Position numbers and translations under genes: made by a program. A DNA stretch of 63,972 bases, the filler included, from Licmophora abbreviata (lineage: Eukaryota), in the NCBI GenBank assembly GCA_900291995.1. It is 15 parts of 15 records of this genome, joined end to end, with 100 filler letters (N's around TTAATTAATTAA, not from the genome) between each part and the next. Parts side by side here need not be neighbours in the genome. Positions count along the whole stretch, not along the records: positions 33,327 to 49,440 come from OLMU01001021.1; 14 more parts are not named here. The stretch is one strand, 5' to 3'. The notes beneath the pieces are model-generated. The model had not been told where the DNA came from. It did no database searches and saw nothing but the letters and a program-made list of their open reading frames with translations. Shown piece after piece: positions 33,782 through 44,068 of the stretch (position 1 is its first letter; the number at the start of each line of letters is the position of its first letter).

Positions 33782-35404
33782 TCAGGCCTCGGCCTCCTGA
33801 TCTTCGCTCTCGTCGCCGTCGATCTCTTCGAGATCCGGCTCAAGCTCTGTCGGATCCACCCAGCCCAGCATGACCCTTGCCGTCATGACCATGTTCTGTG
33901 CTTCCTCAAGCGACACGTCGAACGGTTCCAGAACACCCTCGTCCTTGACGCGCTGTCCATCCACCGTCGTCCAGCCGCCAGCCAGCTCCCAATCGGCGCA
34001 AGTGGCGAAATCCTCGAGTGTCTTCACACCATCTTCCGCCAGCGCAACGATCATCTGGGGTGTCAGACCCTCGAATTCAATAAGGCTGTCCTCGGCGCCA
34101 AGCTCGCGGGCCTTCTCCATTGCCGCGCGCGCCTGCGCGTCCAGCATGTCGCGGGCGCGGGCCTGAAGCTCGTTGGCGGTGTCCTGATCCACCCCGTCGA
34201 TCACTAGAAGCTCATCGAGCTCGACATAGGCGACTTCCTCGAGATTGGTGAAGCCCTCGGACACCAGAAGCTGGGCGAAGAACTCGTCCAGATCCAGCGT
34301 GTCCATGAACAGTTTCGTGCGCTCCTCGAATTCTTTCTGGCGGCGCTCCGAATCCTCGGCCTCGGTCATGATGTCGATATCCAGACCGGTCAACTGGCTG
34401 GCAAGGCGCACGTTCTGACCACGGCGACCGATCGCCAGGCTCAACTGCTCTTCGGGGACCACAACCTCGATACGCTCGGCTTCCTCGTCCAGAACCACCT
34501 TGCTCACCTCGGCGGGCTGCAACGCGTTCACAAGGAAGGTCGGCTGATCTTCGTTCCACGGGATGATGTCGATCTTTTCGCCCTGAAGCTCGTTCACGAC
34601 GGCCTGCACACGGCTGCCGCGCATACCCACACAGGCGCCGACCGGGTCGATCGAATTGTCATACGAGATGACAGCGATCTTCGCCCGGCTGCCGGGGTCG
34701 CGCGCGACCGCCTTGATCTCGATGATGCCATCGTAGATTTCCGGCACTTCCATCTTGAACAGCTCGGCCATGAATTCCGGCGCGGTCCGGCTCAGGAAAA
34801 TCTGCGGCCCACGGGCTTCGCGGCGCACATCCTTGATATAGGCGCGCACACGGTCGCCGGGGCGATAGCTTTCGCGCCCGATCTTTTCGTTGCGGCGCAG
34901 GATCGCCTCGCCACGGCCGACATCGACGATCACATTGCCGTATTCCTCGCGCTTGACGACACCGTTGATGATGGTGCCTGCGCGGTCCTTGAATTCTTCG
35001 TACTGACGATCACGCTCGGCTTCGCGCACCTTCTGCAAGATGACCTGCTTTGCCGACTGCGCCGCGATCCGGCCCAGATCGACGGGCGGGATCTCTTCGA
35101 TGAACTCATCGCCGATCTTGGGATCGTCAAGGTACTGCTTGGCCTGATCGACGGTCATTTCAGCCTGATAATTCTCAAGCTCGTCATCCGCCACCACGGT
35201 GCGCACGCGAGTGAAATTGGCCTTGCCGGTCTTGCGGTCGATCGACACCCGGATATCCATCTCGGCGCCGTAACGGCTCTTGGCCGCCCGTGCGAGGCTT
35301 TCTTCCATCGCCTCGACCACGAGGCCGGGATCGATCATCTTCTCGCGGGCCACGGCCTCGGCGGTTTGCAGCAGCTCAAGCTGGTTTGCAGAGGTAATTG
35401 CCAT
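33782..35404 (-). CDS. nusA: transcription factor NusA
   Basis: [30 protein letters not shown]. Confidence 0.98.
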   Translation of the reverse strand: MAITSANQLELLQTAEAVAREKMIDPGLVVEAMEESLARAAKSRYGAEMDIRVSIDRKTGKANFTRVRTVVADDELENYQAEMTVDQAKQYLDDPKIGDEFIEEIPPVDLGRIAAQSAKQVILQKVREAERDRQYEEFKDRAGTIINGVVKREEYGNVIVDVGRGEAILRRNEKIGRESYRPGDRVRAYIKDVRREARGPQIFLSRTAPEFMAELFKMEVPEIYDGIIEIKAVARDPGSRAKIAVISYDNSIDPVGACVGMRGSRVQAVVNELQGEKIDIIPWNEDQPTFLVNALQPAEVSKVVLDEEAERIEVVVPEEQLSLAIGRRGQNVRLASQLTGLDIDIMTEAEDSERRQKEFEERTKLFMDTLDLDEFFAQLLVSEGFTNLEEVAYVELDELLVIDGVDQDTANELQARARDMLDAQARAAMEKARELGAEDSLIEFEGLTPQMIVALAEDGVKTLEDFATCADWELAGGWTTVDGQRVKDEGVLEPFDVSLEEAQNMVMTARVMLGWVDPTELEPDLEEIDGDESEDQEAEA

Positions 35405-35406
35405 CT

Positions 35407-35979
35407 TCAGTCCTCCTCAGACCCTTCGGTCTCGATCTCGTCAAACGCGTCTTCATTCAATGTGCCAGCGGCCTTTCGGGCCTTCAGCATTTCCTTGATC
35501 AGCTCGTCGGTCAGCACCAGCTTCGCGTCGCTCAGCCAGTCGAATTTCAACCCGACCGTGCCTTCCTCGATATTGATCAGAACCTCGTCATCCTCGACGC
35601 CGGCCAGAACGCCCTTGAAGCGCTTGCGCCCGTCGATCAGCTCCGAGGTCTCGATCTTTGCCTCGTATCCTTCGAAGTCCTCAAAGTCCTTCAGCCGTGT
35701 CAGGGGCCGGTCGATTCCGGGGCTGGACACTTCCAGCGTGTAGGGGTCCGTGACAGGATCTTCGACATCCAGCACCGCACTCACCGCATTCGAGATCTTG
35801 GCGCAATCATCCACCTCGATCCCGCCCTCGGGCCTCTCGGCCATGATCTGCAGCAGATGGGTCTTGCCGCCCATCAGACGGACACGCACCAACTCGAACC
35901 CCATGTCCTCGATGACCGGGGTGATGATCTCCGCCAATCGGCGGTCGATCGCGGCTTTTGCAATCAGGTCGTTCGTCAT
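35407..35979 (-). CDS. rimP: ribosome maturation factor RimP
   Basis: [12 protein letters not shown]; upstream of nusA. Confidence 0.95.
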   Translation of the reverse strand: MTNDLIAKAAIDRRLAEIITPVIEDMGFELVRVRLMGGKTHLLQIMAERPEGGIEVDDCAKISNAVSAVLDVEDPVTDPYTLEVSSPGIDRPLTRLKDFEDFEGYEAKIETSELIDGRKRFKGVLAGVEDDEVLINIEEGTVGLKFDWLSDAKLVLTDELIKEMLKARKAAGTLNEDAFDEIETEGSEED

Positions 35980-35994
35980 GGATCCTGTCAGCAC

Positions 35995-36017
35995 AAAAAA
36001 ACGGGCGCGCGGCCCGT
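35995..36017 (-). terminator. terminator-like hairpin in the rimP 5' leader
   Basis: ACGGGC-CGCGC-GCCCGT running into a U-tract 15 nt before the rimP ATG; TTGCAG-N17-TATACG promoter near 36074-36102. Confidence 0.65.
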
Positions 36018-36178
36018 CACATATCTCCGGTGGAGCCTTCCGGTTTGGACCCGGAGGCGCCGCTGTTGAGGTGCGTATACGCCTCATGTGCCGAGTCTGC
36101 AAGAGAAAGCGGAACTTTCCTGCGACCGCTCTCGTAACCCTTTGCCCGATGTCCCCGATCGGTGCCCGACGCCGTCGC

Positions 36179-36211
36179 GATACCGACGCAATACCGACGT
36201 GATACCGACAC
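36179..36211 (+). repeat. 3x 11-bp tandem repeat (GATACCGACGT), copy 2
   Basis: GATACCGACGC AATACCGACGT GATACCGACAC. Confidence 0.75.
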
Positions 36212-36235
36212 GCCTTTTGCGCCGGTCCGGCGCCG

Positions 36236-37210
36236 TTAACCCTCTCGTGCCAGCCGCGTCATCACCTTGACCAATTCCGCGCTGATACCCGGCTCAGAGA
36301 GGGCATGGCCCGCCACGGGGATCATCCGCAAACTGGCATTCTGCCAACGCTCCGCCAGCGTATACGCGGCAGCAGGCGGACAGATCATGTCATAGCGCCC
36401 CTGCACGATCGTGCCGGGAATATGCGAAATTTTTGCAATCTGATCAATGATTTGACCATCATACTCCAGAAAGCCGCCATTGATGAAATAGTGGTTTTCC
36501 AGTCTCGCGAAGGCCCGCGCGTAATCCGGCGGGCTATCACCTCCCGCCCCGTTCGACTGCACCGTCGCCAGCGCATTTTCCCAGGCAGACCAGGCCTTGG
36601 CAAAGCGGATCTCCTGCGGCCGATCTCCGGAAAACAGGCGTCGGTTATAGGCAGCGATCATGTCGCCACGCTCATCCTCCGGCACAAGCTCTTGAAATCG
36701 CGCCCAAGTTTCCGGCCAGAACCGCCCAGCACCCCCACCATAGAACCAGTCAAGCTCGGCCTGCGTCATGGTGAAGACACCCCGCAAAACCAGATGCCTT
36801 GCCCGATCCGGATGGGTCTGGGCATAAATCAAGGCCAGCGTGGCACCCCAACTGCCTCCGAAAACGATCCATTTATCTATCATTAACGCTTCGCGAATAC
36901 GCTCGATATCGGCCACAAGGTGCCACGTCGTATTTGCCTCAACGCTGGCATGTGGTCGTGATCTGCCGCACCCGCGCTGGTCGAACAGGATGATTCGGTA
37001 AATATTCGGATCGAAATACCGCCGCATCGCCGGGCTGCATCCGCCTCCCGGCCCGCCATGCAACACCACAACGGGCAGCCCATCGGGTTGGCCCGACTGT
37101 TCCACGTATACCTCATGCCCATCGCCCACATCCATCATGCGCCGGTCGAACGGTTCGATTGGCGGATGCAGGTACTGAACTGCGCTCTTTTGATCCGAGA
37201 ATTTATCCAT
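36236..37210 (-). CDS. pip: proline iminopeptidase
   Basis: [25 protein letters not shown]. Confidence 0.94.
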   Translation of the reverse strand: MDKFSDQKSAVQYLHPPIEPFDRRMMDVGDGHEVYVEQSGQPDGLPVVVLHGGPGGGCSPAMRRYFDPNIYRIILFDQRGCGRSRPHASVEANTTWHLVADIERIREALMIDKWIVFGGSWGATLALIYAQTHPDRARHLVLRGVFTMTQAELDWFYGGGAGRFWPETWARFQELVPEDERGDMIAAYNRRLFSGDRPQEIRFAKAWSAWENALATVQSNGAGGDSPPDYARAFARLENHYFINGGFLEYDGQIIDQIAKISHIPGTIVQGRYDMICPPAAAYTLAERWQNASLRMIPVAGHALSEPGISAELVKVMTRLAREG

Positions 37211-37258
37211 GACGTCCTATATAGAGAGATAATTCCAAAAGAGCATATGGAGAGCAGA

Positions 37259-38005
37259 ATGCAAGCCGCTCGAAGCACGATCGACCCAGCCGAAGTCGCC
37301 AAATTCGAGGCGATGGCCGCCGAATGGTGGGATCCAAACGGCAAATTCAAACCGTTGCACATGCTCAATCCCTGCCGTCTGGACTACATCACCTCCCAGA
37401 TCGCCACCGAATTCGACCGCGATCTGGGAACCGATAAGCCCTTCTCGGGCTTGCGTATTCTGGATATCGGTTGCGGCGGCGGCTTGCTGTCCGAGCCGAT
37501 GGCGCGCCTTGGCGCCGACGTGGTTGGCGCCGATGCCGCCGAGCGCAACATTCCCGTGGCCCAGGTGCATGCGGAACAATCCGACCTAAAGATCGATTAT
37601 CGCCACACCAGCGCCGAAGCCCTCGCCGCCGCAGGCGAGCAGTTCGATGCCGTGCTGAACATGGAAGTTGTCGAACATGTCGCCGATCCGCTGTCTTACC
37701 TGACCGCCTGTCAGCAGCTTCTCAAGCCCGGCGGATTGCACATCTGCTCGACCATCAATCGCAACGCCAAAAGCTTCGCCATGGCCATCGTCGGCGCGGA
37801 ATACGTGATGCGCTGGCTGCCGAAGGGCACGCACGAATGGAAAAAGTTCATCACACCGGACGAGCTTTATGCCCTTCTGAAGCAGGCCGGCCTGACCCCG
37901 GTGGATCGCAAGGGCTTCGTGTTCAACCCGATAACCTGGAGCTGGTCGCTGTCGTCCCGCGACCTCAGCGTCAACTACGTTACCGCAAGCACCAAACCGG
38001 ATTGA
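37259..38005 (+). CDS. ubiG: ubiquinone biosynthesis O-methyltransferase
   Basis: [33 protein letters not shown]. Confidence 0.95.
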   Translation: MQAARSTIDPAEVAKFEAMAAEWWDPNGKFKPLHMLNPCRLDYITSQIATEFDRDLGTDKPFSGLRILDIGCGGGLLSEPMARLGADVVGADAAERNIPVAQVHAEQSDLKIDYRHTSAEALAAAGEQFDAVLNMEVVEHVADPLSYLTACQQLLKPGGLHICSTINRNAKSFAMAIVGAEYVMRWLPKGTHEWKKFITPDELYALLKQAGLTPVDRKGFVFNPITWSWSLSSRDLSVNYVTASTKPD

Positions 38006-38008
38006 CGG

Positions 38009-38455
38009 TCAGTCGCTTTCCAGCTTTGCCCGCAATTCCCGCAGAACGGGCAGCGTGGCGCGCACCTTGGCCTCGCCCAACTCGCCGACCATTTCGGTGA
38101 TCATCGGCGTGATCGCGGCGATCGCCGCCTCGCGGGCCTGTCGGCCGGCGGGGCTGATCGACACCATCTTGCGGCGGGCATCATCCCAGTCTGGCCGGAT
38201 ATGCACGTATCCGGCCCACTCCAGTTTGTTCAGAGTATTCGTCATGGCGCCACGGGTGACGTGAAAGCTTTTGGCCAATTGTGCAGGACTGCGCTCATCG
38301 GAAATACGCGCCAGATGGTTCAGAACCGAGAAATGGCTGATCTCCATCCCCTTCGGCAAAACACGGCTGAGCCTGTTTCGAATCAACTGGTCGTTGGTCA
38401 GGATCTCGCTGAACAGCGCCACGGCCAGGGAATTATTGCTGTTGCCATCAGTCAT
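38009..38455 (-). CDS. MarR family regulator
   Basis: PAQLA...TRGAMTNTLNKLE...GYV...DAR...SPAG winged HTH. Confidence 0.88.
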   Translation of the reverse strand: MTDGNSNNSLAVALFSEILTNDQLIRNRLSRVLPKGMEISHFSVLNHLARISDERSPAQLAKSFHVTRGAMTNTLNKLEWAGYVHIRPDWDDARRKMVSISPAGRQAREAAIAAITPMITEMVGELGEAKVRATLPVLRELRAKLESD

Positions 38456-39285
38456 CAAGGTCCGTCGAACTCGGTTGTCGCGTCAAGCGAAGGGATGCGC
38501 TGTCGCGCCTTTGTGACCTCGGAAAGATCCAGATCGACATATACGATACCCGGCTCGGTTCCACCATCTGCCAGAATGTCTCCCCATGGTCCAACCGCAA
38601 GCGAATGGCCATAGGTCTCGCGCCGCTTGGCAGACACGGACCCATGCTGGCCGGTTTGCGCAGGCGCCAGCACGTAACAGCCCGTCTCGATCGCTCGAGC
38701 ACGCAGCAGCGTCTCCCAATGGGCCGCACCGGTCACCGGCGAAAACGCGGAGGGCACGGTCAGGATCTGAGCGCCACTGCGCGCGAGCTGGCGATACAGA
38801 TGCGGAAAGCGAATATCGTAGCAGACAGTCATCCCGATCTCGCCAATCGGCGTTCGGGCGAGCACGCTTGTCGTTCCGGGCCTGTACCCTGCGGATTCGC
38901 GATAGGTTTCGGTCTCGGACACTTGCACATCGAACATATGAATCTTGTCATAGCGTGCCACGATCCGTCCTTCCGGCGACACCAGAAAGGACCGGTTGGC
39001 AAAACGCCCATCCGCATCCTCGGTCTTGAGGGCAAGCGACCCGATCAAAAGCCAGATGCCCAAATCCCGCGCCTGCGCCTGCAAGCCTGCCAGGGTCGGG
39101 TCCGTCATCTCGGGATGCAGAACCTCTTGCTGACGCGTGCGGTCCGCCGAGACACAATTGGTGACTTCCGGGGTCAGAACGAAATCGGCCCCTGCGCTGG
39201 CGGCCTCGGCTACCAGAGATTGCGTGACGGCCAGATTTTCGTCCGGGTCGTCACTGCTGTTAAGCTGGATGAGTGCTGCCTTCAT
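38455..39285 (-). CDS. carbon-nitrogen hydrolase (Nit1-like)
   Basis: TPE, YDKIHMFD, CYDIRFP (E-K-C triad), ARAIE. Confidence 0.92.
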   Translation of the reverse strand: MKAALIQLNSSDDPDENLAVTQSLVAEAASAGADFVLTPEVTNCVSADRTRQQEVLHPEMTDPTLAGLQAQARDLGIWLLIGSLALKTEDADGRFANRSFLVSPEGRIVARYDKIHMFDVQVSETETYRESAGYRPGTTSVLARTPIGEIGMTVCYDIRFPHLYRQLARSGAQILTVPSAFSPVTGAAHWETLLRARAIETGCYVLAPAQTGQHGSVSAKRRETYGHSLAVGPWGDILADGGTEPGIVYVDLDLSEVTKARQRIPSLDATTEFDGP

Positions 39286-39539
39286 GCCGACAGAAGGGCA
39301 TCCAGCTTACCGGCCCTTTCAAGTGCATAAAGCTCGTCGCAGCCGCCGACATGAATGTCACCGATGAAGATCTGCGGCACAGTCTTCTTGCCGCCAGCCC
39401 TCTGGATCATTTCCGGCTTGCGGGCGGGCTCCACCAGTACATCCACTTCGGTGAAGCTGGCGCCCTTCTGTTTCAAAAGGCGCTTAGCAGCGTGGCAGAA
39501 CCCACAAAGCGGTGAGGTATAGATTTCCACGGGTTGCAT
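39282..39539 (-). CDS. grxC: glutaredoxin 3
   Basis: CGFC, TVPQIFI, GGCD. Confidence 0.94.
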   Translation of the reverse strand: MQPVEIYTSPLCGFCHAAKRLLKQKGASFTEVDVLVEPARKPEMIQRAGGKKTVPQIFIGDIHVGGCDELYALERAGKLDALLSA

Positions 39540-39572
39540 GGTCTCGGGTCTCCTGAATGTGTTTCCGGAAAC

Positions 39573-40304
39573 TTATGCATCCTTTGACACGCGCGCCAGT
39601 GCCAGAACGCGGACATCCGTCGCGCCACCCGCCAGACAGATTTGCGCCAAGGCCGACAAGGTCGCACCAGACGTCATGACATCATCCACCAGAAGTATCG
39701 TCCGATCCTTCAGATGATGCGCCCGTCCGGGATGCGCCCGAAACACGCCGCAAACCGTGGCATGCCTTTGGTCGTAGCCCAAACCGTCAAGAACCGGCGT
39801 GCGCGCATGTCTGACCAGAAGATCCGGACAGCACTCGAGCTCGAGCTGGTGCGCGATGGCCCGCGCCAACACCGCCGACTGATTGAACCTCCGGCGGAGC
39901 ATCCGCGTCCAGTGCAACGGCACAGGCGCCAAAATCATGCCCTGGCAGATCATCGGTTGTGCCGCGCGGGCCATCCATCGCGCGGCAGGGCGCACAATGT
40001 CGTGGCGATCACCATGTTTCAGTCCAAGCACCAGCTTGCGGCCATTGTCGCGGTAAAGAACGGCCGCGCGCCCCATGCTCCATGGTTTTGCGTAGCGCAG
40101 GCAATCATCGCAGTATTCCGGCGTATCGTTGTTTTCGCCCGGCAAAGGGACACCGCATGTTTCACAGCACAGGCCAAAAATGAACGGAGTGTCGCGCCAG
40201 CACGGCCCACAGAGGGCGAAATCACTTTCCACCCCCTCTCCGCAAGCGATACAACGCGCCGGGTAGACAAGCCTTAACGCAGTTTGAAAAGCTCTCCCGC
40301 TCAC
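39573..40304 (-). CDS. comF: ComF family protein (start uncertain)
   Basis: Double zinc ribbon, PVPLH, RRFNQS, LLVDDVMTSGAT. Confidence 0.9.
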   Translation of the reverse strand: MSGRAFQTALRLVYPARCIACGEGVESDFALCGPCWRDTPFIFGLCCETCGVPLPGENNDTPEYCDDCLRYAKPWSMGRAAVLYRDNGRKLVLGLKHGDRHDIVRPAARWMARAAQPMICQGMILAPVPLHWTRMLRRRFNQSAVLARAIAHQLELECCPDLLVRHARTPVLDGLGYDQRHATVCGVFRAHPGRAHHLKDRTILLVDDVMTSGATLSALAQICLAGGATDVRVLALARVSKDA

Positions 40305-40319
40305 TCTATTTCCCAAGGC

Positions 40320-41132
40320 ATGATGACCCAACTAACCGATCGCAAAGCTCTGGTCCGGAACCGCGAAAGAAGCCGGGCAAATCCGGCCCTTTTCCTGCAC
40401 GAAGCGGCAGCGGACGAGATCAATGATCGCCTGAACATGGTTAACAGATCATTTACCGATAAGGTGGTCGTCACCGGTTTCCCTGATTTCTGGGCAACGC
40501 AAATTCCGGGCGCACTCTGCATCGGTGATGATGACACTCTCGATCTTGAGACAGAGCGTTACGATCTGCTGGTTCATGCCATGTGCCTCCATTGGGCAAA
40601 TGATCCCGTGGGTCAGCTGATACAGGCCCGGCGCGCATTAAAGCCCGACGGGCTGTTTCTGGGCATCTTCTTTGGTGGCGCCACATTGAACGAGCTGCGT
40701 AGCGCCTTGGCGCAGGCTGAATCCGATGTGACAGGGGGCTTGTCCCCAAGGGTAATCCCAATGGCCGAAATCCGGGATTTGGGCGCCTTGCTGCAGCGGG
40801 CCGGGTTTGCCCTGCCTGTCGCGGATACCATAAAGTTGACCGCGACCTACACTTCACCCCTTAACCTGATGCGTGATCTTCGCGCGATGGGCGAAACAAG
40901 TGCCCTTGCAGCAAGACCGCGCCACCTGATGCGGCGCGATGTCCTCTTTCGTGCATCAACCCTTTATGTTGAAAGTTTCGGGTCCGACGACCGGGTCCCT
41001 GCAACATTCGATTTTATGGTCCTTACGGGTTGGGCGCCGCATGAGAGTCAGCCACAACCGCTACGCCCCGGATCGGCTTCGGCGCGACTTGCCGATGCTC
41101 TTGCGACAAAAGAAAAACCGCTCAAAGATTGA
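40320..41132 (+). CDS. SAM-dependent methyltransferase (BioC/NDUFAF5-like)
   Basis: LHWANDP, LKPDG, LLQRAGFALPVAD, DLRAMGE. Confidence 0.85.
   Translation: MMTQLTDRKALVRNRERSRANPALFLHEAAADEINDRLNMVNRSFTDKVVVTGFPDFWATQIPGALCIGDDDTLDLETERYDLLVHAMCLHWANDPVGQLIQARRALKPDGLFLGIFFGGATLNELRSALAQAESDVTGGLSPRVIPMAEIRDLGALLQRAGFALPVADTIKLTATYTSPLNLMRDLRAMGETSALAARPRHLMRRDVLFRASTLYVESFGSDDRVPATFDFMVLTGWAPHESQPQPLRPGSASARLADALATKEKPLKD
40437..40455 (-). promoter_or_regulatory. CtrA-like site inside the methyltransferase CDS, upstream of comF
   Basis: Minus strand TAAA-TGATCTG-TTAACCAT: gapped box with one mismatch plus a perfect TTAACCAT half-site. Confidence 0.45.
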
Positions 41133-41189
41133 CGATTGCCTCCAAGTCGTTATTTCCACGGCTAACCTGACGCAAAGAGGGACTGGATA

Positions 41190-42251
41190 ATGCTTGACGC
41201 AAGCACCACCGCCACCCGACCAACCCACGCACCCGCCGATCATCCGGCGATACCGAAATACAAGACCGGTATTCTGCTGGCTAATTTGGGAACACCCGAT
41301 CACTACAGCTACTGGCCGATGCGCCGGTACCTGAACGAGTTTCTGTCAGACAGGCGTGTGATTGATTACAGCCCGTGGAAATGGCAGCCTCTTCTGCAAT
41401 TGATCATCCTCACCAAACGGCCCTTCACAAGTGGCGAGGCCTACAAGTCGATCTGGAACGAGGAAAAGGGCGAAAGCCCCCTGATGACGATCACCCGCGA
41501 TCAGACCACCAAGATGGCCAAGGTTCTCGAGGATCGTTATGGGGATCAAGTGATGGTCGATTTCTGTATGCGCTATGGAAACCCGTCAACCAAGTCCAAG
41601 GTGCGCGAAATGGTCAAGGCGGGATGCACGCGCATCCTGTTCTTCCCGCTCTATCCGCATTACGCGGGCGCCACTTCGGGCACCGCGAATGATCAGTTCT
41701 TCCGGGCCTTGATGGAAGAACCCTGGCAGCCGACCGCGCGTACAGTGGAGCCGTATTACCAGAACCCGCATTATATCGAGGCGCTCGCGCAATCGGTTGA
41801 AAAAGCTTATGCGAAAATCGAGGATCGGCCTGACATCCTCGTTGTGTCGTATCACGGTATGCCCAAGCGCTACCTGATGCAGGGTGATCCGTATCACTGC
41901 CAATGTCAGAAGACGACGCGCCTTCTCAAGGAACGTCTTGACTGGGATGACTCCGAGATAACCACGACGTTCCAATCCGTATTTGGGCCCGAAGAGTGGC
42001 TGAAACCCTACACGGTCGATCATGTCGCCGAACTGGCGAAACAGGGCAAAAAGAAGATCGCTGTCGCAGCGCCCGCGTTCTCGGCGGATTGCATCGAAAC
42101 ACTCGAAGAGATCAACGAAGAGATCAAGGAAAGCTTCGAGGAGGCGGGCGGAGAGCAGTTTACCTACATTCCCTGCCTCAACGACGATGACGCACATATC
42201 AATGCGCTCGCCTCGATCGTCAGCGACAACCTGAAAGGCTGGCTGGACTAA
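41190..42251 (+). CDS. hemH: ferrochelatase
   Basis: LLANLGTP, MRYGNP, PLYPHY, SYHG, WLKP, DCIETLEE. Confidence 0.96.
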   Translation: MLDASTTATRPTHAPADHPAIPKYKTGILLANLGTPDHYSYWPMRRYLNEFLSDRRVIDYSPWKWQPLLQLIILTKRPFTSGEAYKSIWNEEKGESPLMTITRDQTTKMAKVLEDRYGDQVMVDFCMRYGNPSTKSKVREMVKAGCTRILFFPLYPHYAGATSGTANDQFFRALMEEPWQPTARTVEPYYQNPHYIEALAQSVEKAYAKIEDRPDILVVSYHGMPKRYLMQGDPYHCQCQKTTRLLKERLDWDDSEITTTFQSVFGPEEWLKPYTVDHVAELAKQGKKKIAVAAPAFSADCIETLEEINEEIKESFEEAGGEQFTYIPCLNDDDAHINALASIVSDNLKGWLD

Positions 42252-42364
42252 AGCGTTTCGCGAAAAACCTGAATGACAGATTTTCGGGAAATGCAGTGCT
42301 CCGTTCAATCGTTGCACGCGTTCCGACTTTAGCTGATGCCTCAGATTAAAGGCGGAACGCTTTA
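42249..42364. mobile_element. degenerate 116-bp TA-bounded MITE-like element
   Basis: 13-bp terminal inverted repeats TAAAGCGTTTCGC / GCGGAACGCTTTA (one mismatch); no ORF. Confidence 0.55.
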
Positions 42365-42390
42365 AGCCAGAGAAAGCCCCGGCACAAATA

Positions 42391-42418
42391 AAAAGGCAGT
42401 GGTTTCCCACTGCCTTTT
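42391..42418. terminator. bidirectional intrinsic terminator
   Basis: AAAAGGCAGTGG-TTTC-CCACTGCCTTTT between convergent genes. Confidence 0.8.
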
Positions 42419-42442
42419 CTTTTGGTCTCTAAGTCGTGAGAC

Positions 42443-42631
42443 TTAGTCCATTGCAACTGCAGCTGCGATGATCGCCAGAACAACCAGCGGGATCACGACG
42501 CCAGCAGCCGAAGAGCTTGCTGCGGTTTCTTCAACAACAACGGGCGCTTCCATGACCGGTGCTTCCATCGTGCCAGCGGAAACGGTCGAAGCAGCGGCGG
42601 CGAACGCAGCGGCGAGAGCGAGTTTTTTCAT
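42443..42631 (-). CDS. 62-aa small exported or membrane protein
   Basis: GGAGG RBS, MKKLALAAA signal peptide, C-terminal TM, own terminator. Confidence 0.8.
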   Translation of the reverse strand: MKKLALAAAFAAAASTVSAGTMEAPVMEAPVVVEETAASSSAAGVVIPLVVLAIIAAAVAMD

Positions 42632-42772
42632 GTTATCCTCCAGAAATTAGCTTGATGCTGCTTTGCAGCATAAAGCACCCAAGACTTACCTCGTATATAT
42701 TTGTTAATCAGCAAAAATGGCTGATTGCAAATGCAACCTTCGACAAACGATCCACACAATGTCTGTTTTTCG

Positions 42773-43375
42773 TCAAATAAGCAACACTTGCGTGCCAACC
42801 TTCGCCATCTGAAACAATTCCGCTATGTGCTCATTGTACAGGCCGATGCAACCGTTTGATGAACGGCGACCGATCTTGCGCGTATCGTGGGTTCCGTGGA
42901 TGCGATAATACGTCCAGCTCAGATACAAAGCATGGGTTCCGAGCGGGTTGTCGGGGCCAGGCGGAACAAAGGGCGGCCAGTCAGGATTGCGTTTCAGCAT
43001 CGACGGCGTCGGTCGCCAGCTGGGCCCCTCGACTTTTTGTGTCACCCTTGTGCGGCCACGACGGGTCAAATCTTCGGACAGGGGAACACTGGATGGATAG
43101 AGTTTGTAGGTTTGCCCATCTTCAGACCAGTAATGCAGCGCCCTGGACGAGATATCGACAAGGATCGCGCCGTTATTCAGGTTTGAGAAATAGGGCTGCC
43201 AATCCAGAGACCGAAAGCTCGAGATATTACGCCGGACAGTTTCGGTCACCTCTTCTTCTATCTCGACAGTGCTGGCACTATCCATGCTCTGAGCGAAGGC
43301 AGGCGCGCCGACCAGAGCCGCACTCCCCGCCAGAAACGAGCGACGATTGAGCGTATTCTTGAATTTAAAAGCCAT
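42773..43375 (-). CDS. Tat-exported L,D-transpeptidase (YkuD)
   Basis: NRRSFL, NPLG, RIHGT, SNGCIGL. Confidence 0.9.
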   Translation of the reverse strand: MAFKFKNTLNRRSFLAGSAALVGAPAFAQSMDSASTVEIEEEVTETVRRNISSFRSLDWQPYFSNLNNGAILVDISSRALHYWSEDGQTYKLYPSSVPLSEDLTRRGRTRVTQKVEGPSWRPTPSMLKRNPDWPPFVPPGPDNPLGTHALYLSWTYYRIHGTHDTRKIGRRSSNGCIGLYNEHIAELFQMAKVGTQVLLI

Positions 43376-43544
43376 GTCCGAACTCCGGCTTGGGTCAATC
43401 ACAGATCACCATAATATATGGCGCGAATGCCGCAGTCGCAATTCAAAGAACCGTCATTCGGCAACTCAAAGCCCATGTGGGTTTGAATCGTATCCAAAGG
43501 CGATATACGACGTTGGCACCGAATCTTGTACAAGGGTGCGCAAA

Positions 43545-44060
43545 ATGGCTCGAATCCTGGCTTTGCTGTTGTCAGCTCTCTTGGCTTTGTCCGCTTGTGC
43601 CGCACCGCCAGCACCCCCACAGCTTGGGGCAGATGGGAAACCGCTACCGAGAGTGTATCGCATCGGGCCGGGCGACACCGCGCGCATCCAGTATCGGATA
43701 CTTGATTCCGTCAACTCCCTGCGAGAAGCCGCAGGTCGGCCGCCTGTGCAACTCAATGCGCAACTGAACGCCGCCGCTGCAACGCATTCGCGCGACATGT
43801 CGGTCCAGAATCGCCCCTGGCATTTCGGGTCTGACGGGTCTTCCCCGATCGATCGCGTCCGTCGTGTCGGCTATAATGGCGGACTTGTCGGAGAGAACAT
43901 CTCCGAGACATACGAAACCGAACTCGAGACGCTGGCGGCCTGGATGCAACAACCCACAACCCGAGACGTGATCCTGTCCCCAGACGCGCGCAATATGGGC
44001 TTTTCTTGGCTACAGGAAGATAACGGCAAGATCTGGTGGACTTTGGTGATGGGCGATTAA
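43545..44060 (+). CDS. CAP/SCP domain lipoprotein
   Basis: LSAC lipobox, HSRDM, HFGSDGS, GENI. Confidence 0.88.
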   Translation: MARILALLLSALLALSACAAPPAPPQLGADGKPLPRVYRIGPGDTARIQYRILDSVNSLREAAGRPPVQLNAQLNAAAATHSRDMSVQNRPWHFGSDGSSPIDRVRRVGYNGGLVGENISETYETELETLAAWMQQPTTRDVILSPDARNMGFSWLQEDNGKIWWTLVMGD

Positions 44061-44068
44061 GCCCCTCG

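Noticed and set aside
37216..37224. CCTATATAG between pip and ubiG as an RpoH -10 element
   Set aside because: No correctly spaced CTTG -35 on either strand.
39561..39572. GTTTCCGGAAAC palindrome resembling parS
   Set aside because: The arms are 2 bp closer than in GTTTCACGTGAAAC and there is a single copy.
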